DNA of 61,153 nucleotides from a virus (taxonomy: Duplodnaviria > Caudoviricetes). This document shows positions 27,250 through 36,407 of this stretch, piece after piece. Below the pieces are notes generated by a model. It was not told the origin of the DNA. It saw only the letters and a list, made by a program, of their open reading frames with translations, and ran no database searches. Each line of letters starts with the position of its first letter. Positions within the stretch are counted from its first letter, which is position 1. Position numbers and translations under genes: made by a program. The stretch is taken from the IMG/VR virus record IMGVR_UViG_3300009788_000013, positions 1-61,153 of that record; one strand, given 5' to 3'.

Positions 27250-28254
27250 CTATTCAGCTTCGGTTTTCGTCTTGGCATCTTCCTGCCCCGATACTAGCGC
27301 GAGTTCGTATTGATCGTCTTCGCTGATGGCCTCGATCTCTACCAGATTCTTGAGCGCTTGTCGGTAGTAGCTCTCTTTGAGTTCGACACCGATCGCCCGC
27401 CGTCCATTCTTCACCGCTCCATATACCTCGGAGCCGACGCCCATGAACGGAGTCAGCATCGTTTCACCGGGATTTGACCAGAGCACCATCGCCCGGTCGA
27501 TAACGTCGAGCTGTAGCGGATGGACGTGCTTTTCATCTTCCTGATCGCGAGCTGGTTTATATTTCAGCACTCGATCAAGCCGTACATCATCCCAGAATGC
27601 CGAGGCGTACTGCCGCCATATCCAATGCGAGTAGCGATTCTCTGTCTGCTTACCAGTCCATCCTTTGTATCGCATCAGTTCAGCTGGAATCTGACGCGAT
27701 CCCGCATAACGCGTCAATCCTTTCGGATGAGCGATTGGGATCTTGTTCTCACCCTTGCACCGGAATGCCAATAGGTAATCCGCACTGGCAACTGTACATC
27801 GGGAGGAGTCGTCCACTATCGTCTTGTGAGCCAGTGATTTCATCATCGTGCGATTCCTTACGGTAAGAGGTTCTTTCCAGACGTGGTATCGAGCCACATA
27901 GCGGAATCCAATCTTCTCGTGCATTCGAATAATATCACCGGAGAAGTCTATCAGATAGTCATTCTTACCGGAGTTACTGCTCGGCACGTCGGCGCAATGG
28001 ACAAGAGTCATTCGCCCCGGCATCGTTAGTCGGAATAGCTCATTAACAACGAATCTGTAGTGTTCGAAGAATTCTCCGTAGTCGCGGCTGTTCGAGAGAT
28101 CTCGCGCCGAAGAACTGTAGTGATACAGGCCAGCGAATGGCGGTGAGTAGATCGAGAGATGGATCGATCCGTCCGGTAGAGTCGGCATCACCTCTAGGCA
28201 GTCGCCGCAATAGGCGGCATATCGATCATTAATCTTTTGATGTTTCACAGCCAT
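27250..28254 (-). CDS. Amino-DNA methyltransferase (N4mC/N6mA, beta class)
   Basis: YSPPF catalytic motif precedes HVHPLQ and TPFMGVGSE...GVELK. Confidence 0.9.
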   Translation of the reverse strand: MAVKHQKINDRYAAYCGDCLEVMPTLPDGSIHLSIYSPPFAGLYHYSSSARDLSNSRDYGEFFEHYRFVVNELFRLTMPGRMTLVHCADVPSSNSGKNDYLIDFSGDIIRMHEKIGFRYVARYHVWKEPLTVRNRTMMKSLAHKTIVDDSSRCTVASADYLLAFRCKGENKIPIAHPKGLTRYAGSRQIPAELMRYKGWTGKQTENRYSHWIWRQYASAFWDDVRLDRVLKYKPARDQEDEKHVHPLQLDVIDRAMVLWSNPGETMLTPFMGVGSEVYGAVKNGRRAIGVELKESYYRQALKNLVEIEAISEDDQYELALVSGQEDAKTKTEAE

Positions 28255-29657
28255 GTTGGCACCTCCACTTCGTTGTCATATTTCCTCCCTGTATCTACTC
28301 TCAGAGCATCGTTCATGTGAGACACCAGCGCGGTAAACATTCGATCCGCCGCCTGTGATTTGCGCCTGAGATTGTCCTTAACTCCACGTTCACCCTCAGT
28401 CACCACCAGATCCACTGTCACTTGGTTCTGTTGGCCAAACCGCCAGCAGCGCCGGACGGCCTGATAGTATTGCTCATAGCTGTGGCTGGCGAACGTCACC
28501 ACATGCGAGCAGTGTTGCCAGTTCAGGCCCCATGCTCCGATCTTCGGCTTGATGATTGCCACGCGAAGTTTACCGCTCCCGAAGTCTGTATAAATCTCTT
28601 CCTTCTCATCGTCTGGAGTAGCGCCGGCAATCTCGCGGGCCTCCGGAAGCAATCCTTTTAGGATCTTCCCCTCATCGTTGAGGTGGCACCAGATCACGGC
28701 TGGACGTTTCGTGCCAGATATTAGTTCCGCCACCATCTCACAGCGCTCCTGTATCGTTCGACGGCGCTCCTCTCGCTCTTCGTGGAAACTTCTAGCCGGT
28801 AGAGCAAACAACATTCCATCAGCCAGAGTTCTGGTCTCAACTATATGCTCGACCTCAACCAGTGGCGGGAGAATGAATCCGTCATCATCGCAACCAATAT
28901 CGGATGGCTTGCGGAGCGCTCGCGCCCACGAACATACCCAACGCCAGAACCCTTCTTCGGCATGGCCTTTGAATCGCCAGCGTTGACCAGCCCATTGCCG
29001 AGGTGCTGCGTAACCTTTCCATCTACCTTTCACATCAATGGTGTTATTGTCGTTCACGAAGAACCGATTGAGCATGTCCATATGCCCTAGCTCACCAAGG
29101 GCCTCGCTCGATGTCCCTAGCTCGATGTAATCATTAGGGGCCGCTGTCGCCGTACACAGCAAGCGATATGGCAGCGTCCTGAGAAATTCGGTAACCTGAG
29201 CTTTCCGCACACCATCGAAGTTTTTCAAGATGCTCGATTCATCGCATACCACACCCGCGAAATCGGCTGGCTCGAACATGTGCAGCTTCTCGTAGTTCGT
29301 CACCACAATACCGATAGTCGGATCCCATTCCCCATCTCGTGAGCGCTGGGCCTCAATACCGAACTTCTCAGCCTCCGTAATTGTCTGTGGACCTACCGCT
29401 AGTGGCGTTAGAATCAGGACTGGACGACCAGTCTTGCGGACAATGTTCTCAGCCCATACTAGCTGCATGGGAGTCTTACCGAGTCCGCAATCCGCGAAGA
29501 TCGCCGCCTTGCCCTTTCGGAGCGCCCAATCTACAAGGGCCTTCTGGAAGTCAAAAAGGAACTCCGGCATCCAGAGCGGATCAAATCCGGAGAACTGATC
29601 AGCCTGGGCTTTGTTATCAAGAAACTTCTGGTAATCACCGTTACTGCTCATCATCAT
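28245..29657 (-). CDS. SF2 / SNF2-like helicase paired with the MTase
   Basis: DCGLGKT, DESS, TATAAPND, QAVRRCWRFGQ. Confidence 0.9.
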   Translation of the reverse strand: MMMSSNGDYQKFLDNKAQADQFSGFDPLWMPEFLFDFQKALVDWALRKGKAAIFADCGLGKTPMQLVWAENIVRKTGRPVLILTPLAVGPQTITEAEKFGIEAQRSRDGEWDPTIGIVVTNYEKLHMFEPADFAGVVCDESSILKNFDGVRKAQVTEFLRTLPYRLLCTATAAPNDYIELGTSSEALGELGHMDMLNRFFVNDNNTIDVKGRWKGYAAPRQWAGQRWRFKGHAEEGFWRWVCSWARALRKPSDIGCDDDGFILPPLVEVEHIVETRTLADGMLFALPARSFHEEREERRRTIQERCEMVAELISGTKRPAVIWCHLNDEGKILKGLLPEAREIAGATPDDEKEEIYTDFGSGKLRVAIIKPKIGAWGLNWQHCSHVVTFASHSYEQYYQAVRRCWRFGQQNQVTVDLVVTEGERGVKDNLRRKSQAADRMFTALVSHMNDALRVDTGRKYDNEVEVPTWL

Positions 29658-29910
29658 CTCCGCGTTCCAGTTTACATAATGGCAATCCGGCGTAATGTGT
29701 TCCCTCTGTCCCTGGGAACCAGTTTGGCTCCAATTCTCTCAGGATCAATAACTCTTCCATCAGATTGTCCTCGGCTCCGCGCTTTGCACCTTCGCAATCA
29801 CCGAGCCATTCTGGATAGTTCCGGAATGCTCGGATGTAGTCGCCACACTTCTGCTGGTTCTTTCTTGCGTCCTCAAGATCGCTTATCAGCTTTGATTTTC
29901 GTCTTGGCAT
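29641..29910 (-). CDS. Hypothetical protein
   Basis: 89-aa ORF overlapping neighbours. Confidence 0.5.
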   Translation of the reverse strand: MPRRKSKLISDLEDARKNQQKCGDYIRAFRNYPEWLGDCEGAKRGAEDNLMEELLILRELEPNWFPGTEGTHYAGLPLCKLERGDDDEQ

Positions 29911-30443
29911 CTAACTCCTGTAATCGTGGAAAGATCGATGATATCAGACAGTGGACAAATGAGGCTCAGCTCATCATATGAAAAGAACACCATCCCATCC
30001 TTCCCCATCTTGTCGCCGAGGTATAGTCTATGATGGCCGGGCCGGGCTAGTAGTGACAGCAGCCCGCGCCGAAGCTCGTTCTCCTGGCCATGCGCGAAAA
30101 CGATCCAAGTCGCTATCCCAGTGGCTTGCTCTACCTGTTGGTAGTGTTCCCATAGGCGCTTATTAATTCCAGTTTCTCGTCGCTGTACCACCCGCGTCCA
30201 ATCGCACCGCTCTTTGTATTTCACCTCACACCATCGAATCAAGCCGTTTTTAGCGCACAGTAAATCAGGGCAGATCAATGAGTCCTCGGATTCGCGGGCT
30301 GTCAGCTTCGGTGGCTTGCCCTCACCGAGCCCGCTGTAATCATAGACTGGTAGAATCAGCCAACCACGCATCATTAGATATGCAGCCACTGCTATTTCCA
30401 CTAGCCTCCCCAGCTCCAGCCTATCTTTAAATATGCGCTTCAA
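29886..30443 (-). CDS. PD-(D/E)XK-fold nuclease-like protein
   Basis: G..E..., CPDLL, WCEVKYK. Confidence 0.65.
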   Translation of the reverse strand: MKRIFKDRLELGRLVEIAVAAYLMMRGWLILPVYDYSGLGEGKPPKLTARESEDSLICPDLLCAKNGLIRWCEVKYKERCDWTRVVQRRETGINKRLWEHYQQVEQATGIATWIVFAHGQENELRRGLLSLLARPGHHRLYLGDKMGKDGMVFFSYDELSLICPLSDIIDLSTITGVRCQDENQS

Positions 30444-30793
30444 GACCTCTCGCAGCGCCTATTCATTACCACGACCGCCTCTGGAATATTCAAAAGGCCA
30501 CTGATGACTGCTTCAAACAAATCTGGCCATTCCTCACGTAACTTGTTCACATCTGCGGCGGGAGTTGCCTCCATGCCAAAGCTCTTCGCCCACTGCGTGA
30601 TATATTGATCACATTCGTCCCCTCTTATTGGAATCGTCTTGCGCTGTTCGTCTATTTCAGTGTGTTCCTCTCTTCGCGCACTAGCTCTACTCGCCATATC
30701 TGAGAATTGCTGGATAGCATCCTCCGGAGTGGTCCCTAGCTCGCGTGCAAAATCAGCGAGAATCTGATTCCGTTGTTTCTTGTCCATCATCAT
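30440..30793 (-). CDS. Hypothetical protein
   Basis: 117 aa, coupled. Confidence 0.55.
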   Translation of the reverse strand: MMMDKKQRNQILADFARELGTTPEDAIQQFSDMASRASARREEHTEIDEQRKTIPIRGDECDQYITQWAKSFGMEATPAADVNKLREEWPDLFEAVISGLLNIPEAVVVMNRRCERS

Positions 30794-31073
30794 CCCCTTT
30801 CAGATTAGTTACTCCATAGCAGCAGTCCAGGATCGTGGCGCTCAGATCGCTCAGTTGATCAGCACAGAGCGTCCGCGCACGATCTACACCTACCAGCGCC
30901 GCCCGCGCCTTCATCAATTCTAGATCCTTGCGGAGCAGTACCTCAGCATGTTGGCTGACTACCTGATCCATCGCGGTCAACTTGCGCCCCTCGATCGTCA
31001 GGAGTATAGATGCTCCGATCACCAGCAGCGGCCACAAGAATAGCAGAAAATCGTCCCATGTTTTAAATATCAT
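30753..31073 (-). CDS. TM plus coiled-coil protein
   Basis: MIFKTWDDFLLFLWPLLVIGASILLTI followed by heptads. Confidence 0.5.
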   Translation of the reverse strand: MIFKTWDDFLLFLWPLLVIGASILLTIEGRKLTAMDQVVSQHAEVLLRKDLELMKARAALVGVDRARTLCADQLSDLSATILDCCYGVTNLKGDDDGQETTESDSR

Positions 31074-31287
31074 CACAACACTGCGCTGGCTCCTCCGGGG
31101 CGGGGCAGTCATCGCAATAGTGCTTGCCGGATTGCTCTCGCCATCCCACCGTCCGCAGTACTGACTCATCGCTGTGATCATACCTCCCCGCCGTGTGCAT
31201 CGGGCCAGCGAAAACGAACCGGAGTTTGACCTGCTTGAAGGCCTCGCAACCGTCGCAAACAATCTCTACCGTAGCGTCTGATATCAT
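31063..31287 (-). CDS. Zn-ribbon protein
   Basis: CDGC...GW....HYCDDC. Confidence 0.65.
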   Translation of the reverse strand: MISDATVEIVCDGCEAFKQVKLRFVFAGPMHTAGRYDHSDESVLRTVGWREQSGKHYCDDCPAPEEPAQCCDDI

Positions 31288-31288
31288 C

Positions 31289-31615
31289 CTACGAACTCCT
31301 TCGTACTCTAACTACCTCTTCTTTCAACTCGGCGATGATTGATCTCAAGCGCCAACAGTCGCTCCGGTGATTCTGATCCATGCTCTCGCGAATCCGGTCG
31401 AATACACGCTGCTGCTCTCCCATCTTTGTGGCGTGTTCTTTCTTTATCGCCTTCACTGGATCGTACCCGATCTCGATGGGTGGCCCAGTCACCATGTGAT
31501 GATTTTCTTCCGATACCTCGCAGTCCCCCGCGATCATTTGAATCTGCTCTTTGGATGCGGCGATGCCCGCCTCGTCCAAGCTGGACTCGATCGTCTCAAG
31601 CCAATAGTCGCTCAC
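31289..31615 (-). CDS. Hypothetical protein
   Basis: 108 aa, DYW-E-I...EAGI. Confidence 0.6.
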   Translation of the reverse strand: MSDYWLETIESSLDEAGIAASKEQIQMIAGDCEVSEENHHMVTGPPIEIGYDPVKAIKKEHATKMGEQQRVFDRIRESMDQNHRSDCWRLRSIIAELKEEVVRVRRSS

Positions 31616-31806
31616 GGCGCCACCCCTTCCTCGTAGCTGGCTATCGTCCCACCCGACTCCAGCGTGCTCACATAATCATCAATCATCTCGGCACTGTAGG
31701 CGGATGATAAGTGTTCCATTTGCCTAGCCTGGTTCATGGCCAACGCCTTCACAGCCATTATCAGGGCTGAGAGTCTGTAGAGTATTTCATTCTCAAACTG
31801 AGTCAT
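31612..31806 (-). CDS. Hypothetical protein
   Basis: 64 aa, coupled. Confidence 0.5.
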   Translation of the reverse strand: MTQFENEILYRLSALIMAVKALAMNQARQMEHLSSAYSAEMIDDYVSTLESGGTIASYEEGVAP

Positions 31807-32080
31807 TCTTCACTTCCTCCTCTATGTGTTTACATCGCAGGGCTTTACTTGCCGATTCATGCTGCTGGCCGCAGCGCTTACATTTCGTCGGGATTTTCTT
31901 CCGTGCACCATGCGGCATCTGTCGTTGCTGGTTGAGCCTGCCTCGAAGAGAACGTAGCTCCGCCGCTGTGATCGGGCCGTCACATCGTGGGCAGGAGACA
32001 GTTATGTCATTCTCTTTCATCGGTGTCTCTGTTAGCTCTTTCTCCTTGTCTTGATCTCCAGGGCCGGTCTCGTGGATCAT
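31793..32080 (-). CDS. Small Zn-finger protein
   Basis: CPRC...CKRCG...C-H. Confidence 0.55.
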   Translation of the reverse strand: MIHETGPGDQDKEKELTETPMKENDITVSCPRCDGPITAAELRSLRGRLNQQRQMPHGARKKIPTKCKRCGQQHESASKALRCKHIEEEVKNDSV

Positions 32081-32243
32081 AGAACATACCCTCCTCTAGA
32101 GTTCCATGGCCCTGCCGGTGTCCCCTTGCGTTGATAACATTAATTCCCCACCAGATCTCCCGATCAGTCAAATCGACTAGGAATGTTCCGGGAGCGGCGA
32201 ACTTTACCATCATCCCGTCTTGATTGCTTTGTTCTATCCTCAT
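32007..32243 (-). CDS. Hypothetical protein
   Basis: ATGA-coupled to the helicase. Confidence 0.45.
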   Translation of the reverse strand: MRIEQSNQDGMMVKFAAPGTFLVDLTDREIWWGINVINARGHRQGHGTLEEGMFYDPRDRPWRSRQGERANRDTDERE

Positions 32244-34090
32244 GCTCTGATCACCTCCATCAGTTCGTCTGGGAGTTGCCGTTTATATTTCCACACGATA
32301 CGCCGACCGAGTTGCGCCTGTCTAATGCTCAGCTCGTCCCGTCCAGCGAGCGATTTCCCGATATACGTATCAAATTTGTTATAGCCGTGCCCATCGAGAG
32401 CCTGCGCACCGTCACAAGCCTCTGCCAGTAGCCTCAGGGCCTCGTGTATGGCGTTGATCTGCTCTGGGGTGAGTGAGACTACCTTGCCGTTCACCTCATC
32501 GCTCCTAGCCCCCTTACGGCGCGGCAACACCGGCTCCTGCTCCTCTTCCCGATCCAAGGCCCGATCAATCACCTCCTGTTTCTCAATTAGTGTATGGGCC
32601 ATCCGGCAATCCAGCGATCCAGCGAGTACCAGATGCTGCACCATCACCGAATCTTTCTGTCCGATCCGATGGCAGCGATCCTCGGCCTGCGTGATATTGC
32701 CGGGCACCCAATCAAGTTCCGCGAATATGACATGACTAGCAGCAGTGAGCGTTATACCGACTCCTGCGGCCTGGATGTTGCCAATGAATACCTGAATGCT
32801 AGGATCAGTCTGGAACCGATCAACAGCCTCCCGTCGCTTCAGCATCGGTGTCTCACCCGTGAGCTTCACAGCCCGATCACCGAACAGCTCCATCAATCCC
32901 GCCACCATATCTTTGTGATGAGCAAAAACCACCACTTTGCCACTATCCCCTATGGCATTCTCAACATGTTCTACGACGTGCGGGATTTTCGCCATCGCTA
33001 CTTCGTGGCGCTTTGCGGACATCTCGGTAAATGCTGTTCGTCCCGCCTCTCTGAGCCTGTCAACGGCGAGCTTGTAGGCGCTCCCATCCTCATCTGCCTT
33101 CGCCAGCTCAACCTCGGCCTTCAGAAGTTCCAGCTTTTCCTCGTGGGCTTCGTACGCTTTGGCCTCAGCTGCTACTACTCGGCTCGCTCCGTTCGGTGGA
33201 ATCTCCACAACCTGCCGTCGCTTGGCGGGCAGCTCAGGCAGCACATCGGCCTTCAGTCTACGAACCATCACCCGCTCCCGCATATAGCTCTGGAGTTGAT
33301 CCAAATTTGATGCACCGTCCGTTTCCCATCCCCAGCGGCTCCGATATCCAGCACAGTAGGTTTCCACGAAGTATAGCCAGCCTCTAAACAGCCCTAGCGC
33401 CTTGAGTACCGGCAGAACCTCGATCGGCCTGTTCGGGATCGGTGTACCACTGAGAAACATCTGCCGAGTAGCACCCTCCACCAGCCCCTTATTGTCCCGA
33501 TCACCCAGGACTGCAACCGTTCGTTTCGTTTTCGGGTTTTTGAGATAGTGGCACTCATCGATGATCACACCATCCCATTTCACCGAGGACAGCTTCTCGC
33601 GGTGTTTCCCTATGATGTCGTAATTGATGATCAGCACCTCGGAGGTGTCTACATCGCACTGTTTGCCGATCGCTACAGAGATCCGCATCGGCCTCACGAG
33701 CCAGCGCTTCAGCTCCCGCTCCCAGTTCAATCGGAGCGAAGCCGGACAGATCACCAGCACTCGCTTCATTGCCGGATCGGCATTCAGGACGCCGATGGCT
33801 TCAATGGTTTTCCCCAATCCCATCTCATCCCCGAACAGTACACCGGTACGTTTCAGAGCATAGTTGATACCAGCGATCTGGTAGGGGAGGTAGGCAAGTC
33901 CATCGGGGCAAGGGATATTGATATCGGCTGTGGTGGTGGCCGCTCTCGATTCGGCGACGGCCTCTTTGCGCTCCACGTCCGCTGTGCAAGATGCTGCCCA
34001 GCGCCCGGCCTCGGTTTTCACGAGCTTACCATGCTTCGGGGCCACGCGCTCGCCGCAATCGACGCAGTGGATTTCGTACTTGTTCGTCAT
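32240..34090 (-). CDS. SNF2-family (HARP/SMARCAL1-like) helicase
   Basis: DEMGLGKT, DECH, LSGTP, QAEDRCHRIGQ. Confidence 0.93.
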   Translation of the reverse strand: MTNKYEIHCVDCGERVAPKHGKLVKTEAGRWAASCTADVERKEAVAESRAATTTADINIPCPDGLAYLPYQIAGINYALKRTGVLFGDEMGLGKTIEAIGVLNADPAMKRVLVICPASLRLNWERELKRWLVRPMRISVAIGKQCDVDTSEVLIINYDIIGKHREKLSSVKWDGVIIDECHYLKNPKTKRTVAVLGDRDNKGLVEGATRQMFLSGTPIPNRPIEVLPVLKALGLFRGWLYFVETYCAGYRSRWGWETDGASNLDQLQSYMRERVMVRRLKADVLPELPAKRRQVVEIPPNGASRVVAAEAKAYEAHEEKLELLKAEVELAKADEDGSAYKLAVDRLREAGRTAFTEMSAKRHEVAMAKIPHVVEHVENAIGDSGKVVVFAHHKDMVAGLMELFGDRAVKLTGETPMLKRREAVDRFQTDPSIQVFIGNIQAAGVGITLTAASHVIFAELDWVPGNITQAEDRCHRIGQKDSVMVQHLVLAGSLDCRMAHTLIEKQEVIDRALDREEEQEPVLPRRKGARSDEVNGKVVSLTPEQINAIHEALRLLAEACDGAQALDGHGYNKFDTYIGKSLAGRDELSIRQAQLGRRIVWKYKRQLPDELMEVIRA

Positions 34091-34296
34091 TTGATCCTCC
34101 GAAATCGGAAGATCGGAGATGCCCCACCACCAAACGATGCGTCTTGCCCAATTTCCAGCACTTGCAGAGCTGCTATCGTCTCTGGTTCATCAAAATCTGA
34201 CAGCGCGAAAGTACCGATGATCTCGGGCTCGCTACCATCAGCCTTCTCGATGACTCCCCGGAACCACCATTCCTTCTGTCTGATTACGCTTTTCAT
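34087..34296 (-). CDS. Hypothetical early protein
   Basis: First gene after promoter 34321-34349; GGGASP motif. Confidence 0.6.
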   Translation of the reverse strand: MKSVIRQKEWWFRGVIEKADGSEPEIIGTFALSDFDEPETIAALQVLEIGQDASFGGGASPIFRFRRIK

Positions 34297-34320
34297 TGCC
34301 GCGTTTCCTTTCTACCTGCT

Positions 34321-34349
34321 ACTATATATTATTTTGCTAGCAATGTAAA
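34321..34349 (-). promoter_or_regulatory. Early promoter with operator in the spacer
   Basis: TTTACA-17-TATAGT; inverted 17/18 match to the 18-bp site at 34329-34346. Confidence 0.75.
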
Positions 34350-34580
34350 GCGAAAACTGGAAGCGATGGTGATTTTTTTTCGCAGGATGGAAATAGCGCG
34401 AGGATACGCTCTGTGGGACTTCTGAGTTTCTGGGGAGGGTGGAACTACCGGCGAAGGCGCACAATCGCCGTAGCGGCTACCTGTGGCGCTCTCTCAGGGA
34501 TCTGTGTCCGACTCCCATCCCTACTCTGCCAGCTTGTTATCGGCGGAGCACCTCTCGGAAAACGCGGCTTCGTTCGGCGT

Positions 34581-35021
34581 TCAGGCGTCCTCGGAAGCGA
34601 CTACCATGATTACCTTATCGTCCCCTTTTATTGCCCCGGCCTCCTCTAGCGCATCTATATGCGTGTGTTCACCCTCGGGCATCTCGTAGACCGGCAGATG
34701 CTCTGGAACCCGTAGAGCTATCCGCGCCGACGTGACGAAATGGGCGCAGGTAGCCTCCCTCCCTTCTTTTGACTCCACTAATTCCAAGCTGACCGCTAAG
34801 CCAGAGAGCAGCACTTTCATCACCGCGTTGTCCGGAAAGAACGCCGGAAACTGTGTCCGCAGCCACGGCTCACATTCCCTCATGGCCCTCGGAAGCTGGT
34901 GAGTGAGTAGTTCGTCCCCCGTGAGGAAGTTGAGAATGTCGTACACGCCATCCATGTGCCGATCAGAGACAAGTCCGCCCGTCGTGATGGAAAGAATATC
35001 ACTAATGTGGAAAGTTTTCAT
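34581..35021 (-). CDS. Conserved phage hypothetical protein
   Basis: FHISDILSITTG-LVS...YDILNFLTGD-L-THQLPR. Confidence 0.7.
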   Translation of the reverse strand: MKTFHISDILSITTGGLVSDRHMDGVYDILNFLTGDELLTHQLPRAMRECEPWLRTQFPAFFPDNAVMKVLLSGLAVSLELVESKEGREATCAHFVTSARIALRVPEHLPVYEMPEGEHTHIDALEEAGAIKGDDKVIMVVASEDA

Positions 35022-35066
35022 TGTGTGTCTTTTTCTTAGGAGTTTGAGGTGTTGGTGTTCCAGTGC

Positions 35067-36407
35067 CTATATCGTCTCATCGTCTCCGTCTTCAGTAATC
35101 ATCTGGAACCGAACGCTGCGCGGATTGAATTGCAGCTCGGCCTTCCCTTTCGGCCCATTGCGCTGCTTTCGGATCAGGATGCTGATCGGGCATGGGTTGC
35201 CCGTTCTGATACTCGATTTCTCAGCGTCTCGATCTACATGTAAAAAGAGCACCGTATCGGCATCCTGCTCCAGTGATCCCGAATCGCGGAGGTGATGTAG
35301 ATCGGGTTGCCCACCAGATTTCGCAATCTCTCGATTCAGTTGTGAGAGGGCCAATATCGGTACATCGAATTCTCGGGCCATCAATTTTAGCGCCCGGCTA
35401 ATCTCTGAGATCTCCTCGACCCGTTTGTCCATTTGCCGCGCAGTCCTCATCAGCTGTAGATAGTCGATGATCACCAGCCCTGGCGGTGTACCGTCCGCCG
35501 TTAGACGTTGGAGCGCAGCAAACTGAGCCGATGGTGTGCTGGTGGTCGAATGATCTATCAGTAGAGGCGTCTTATGAATCCGTTCGAGAGCTATCTGTGC
35601 ACTAGCAACTTCGTCGTCACTCAATTGCCCCGCCCTCATCTCCTGTAGGCTAAGCCCTGTCTCGACGCACACAAGCCGCTGGATGATCTCAGTTGCTCGC
35701 ATCTCCAGTGAAAACCAGACGACTCTAATATTCCGCTTCACTGCTACTAATGCGATCTGGCCTGCTGCCGCCGATTTCCCGACACTCGGCCTAGCTGCCA
35801 GGATGATCAATTCCCCAGGAGTGAATGCGGTAATCGTATTATTCAGGTTACTCCACGGGCTCGGTACTGCACCACGAGCTAAACCCGGATTCAGAATCTG
35901 CCCTACACCCCCGGCCACCTCTACCATCTGCTCGATAGAGAGAAGCCCCCCTTTTTTATCCTCGCTAGATAACTGCTGGTAGAATCGTGCCGCTGCTGCC
36001 ACCGTGGCTCGCTCAGCTCCGCGTTCACAGCAGGCTAGAATCAGCTCTTGTGCTTTCCTTGCCGCACGTCGTAGAATAGCCTTGTCGCGCAGCAGAATCA
36101 GGTATTCATCGATGGCGTAGACTTTGGGCAACTGATCATCCATCGATACGAGATAACCGATACCACCTATAGAATTCAGCTGGCCTCGCTTCATCAATTC
36201 CTTGGCCACCAGCACTCTGTCGATCTCACTACCCCTACTGCTCAGGACCCGCATACAGTCCCAGATTCGCTGATGAGTGATCAATGAGAAATCGTCTTGT
36301 TCTAGTTCTCCCATCACAGGGATGCGAGTATCAGGGTATCGGAGCAATGAGCCTAGCACTAAACATTCAACATCCACGGCTGCTGGTAGTTCTATTTCTC
36401 CCTTCAT
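35067..36407 (-). CDS. dnaB: Replicative DNA helicase
   Basis: AARPSVGKS, FSLEM, IIDYLQL, LSQLNR, LRDSGSLEQDAD, KQRNGP. Confidence 0.96.
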   Translation of the reverse strand: MKGEIELPAAVDVECLVLGSLLRYPDTRIPVMGELEQDDFSLITHQRIWDCMRVLSSRGSEIDRVLVAKELMKRGQLNSIGGIGYLVSMDDQLPKVYAIDEYLILLRDKAILRRAARKAQELILACCERGAERATVAAAARFYQQLSSEDKKGGLLSIEQMVEVAGGVGQILNPGLARGAVPSPWSNLNNTITAFTPGELIILAARPSVGKSAAAGQIALVAVKRNIRVVWFSLEMRATEIIQRLVCVETGLSLQEMRAGQLSDDEVASAQIALERIHKTPLLIDHSTTSTPSAQFAALQRLTADGTPPGLVIIDYLQLMRTARQMDKRVEEISEISRALKLMAREFDVPILALSQLNREIAKSGGQPDLHHLRDSGSLEQDADTVLFLHVDRDAEKSSIRTGNPCPISILIRKQRNGPKGKAELQFNPRSVRFQMITEDGDDETI

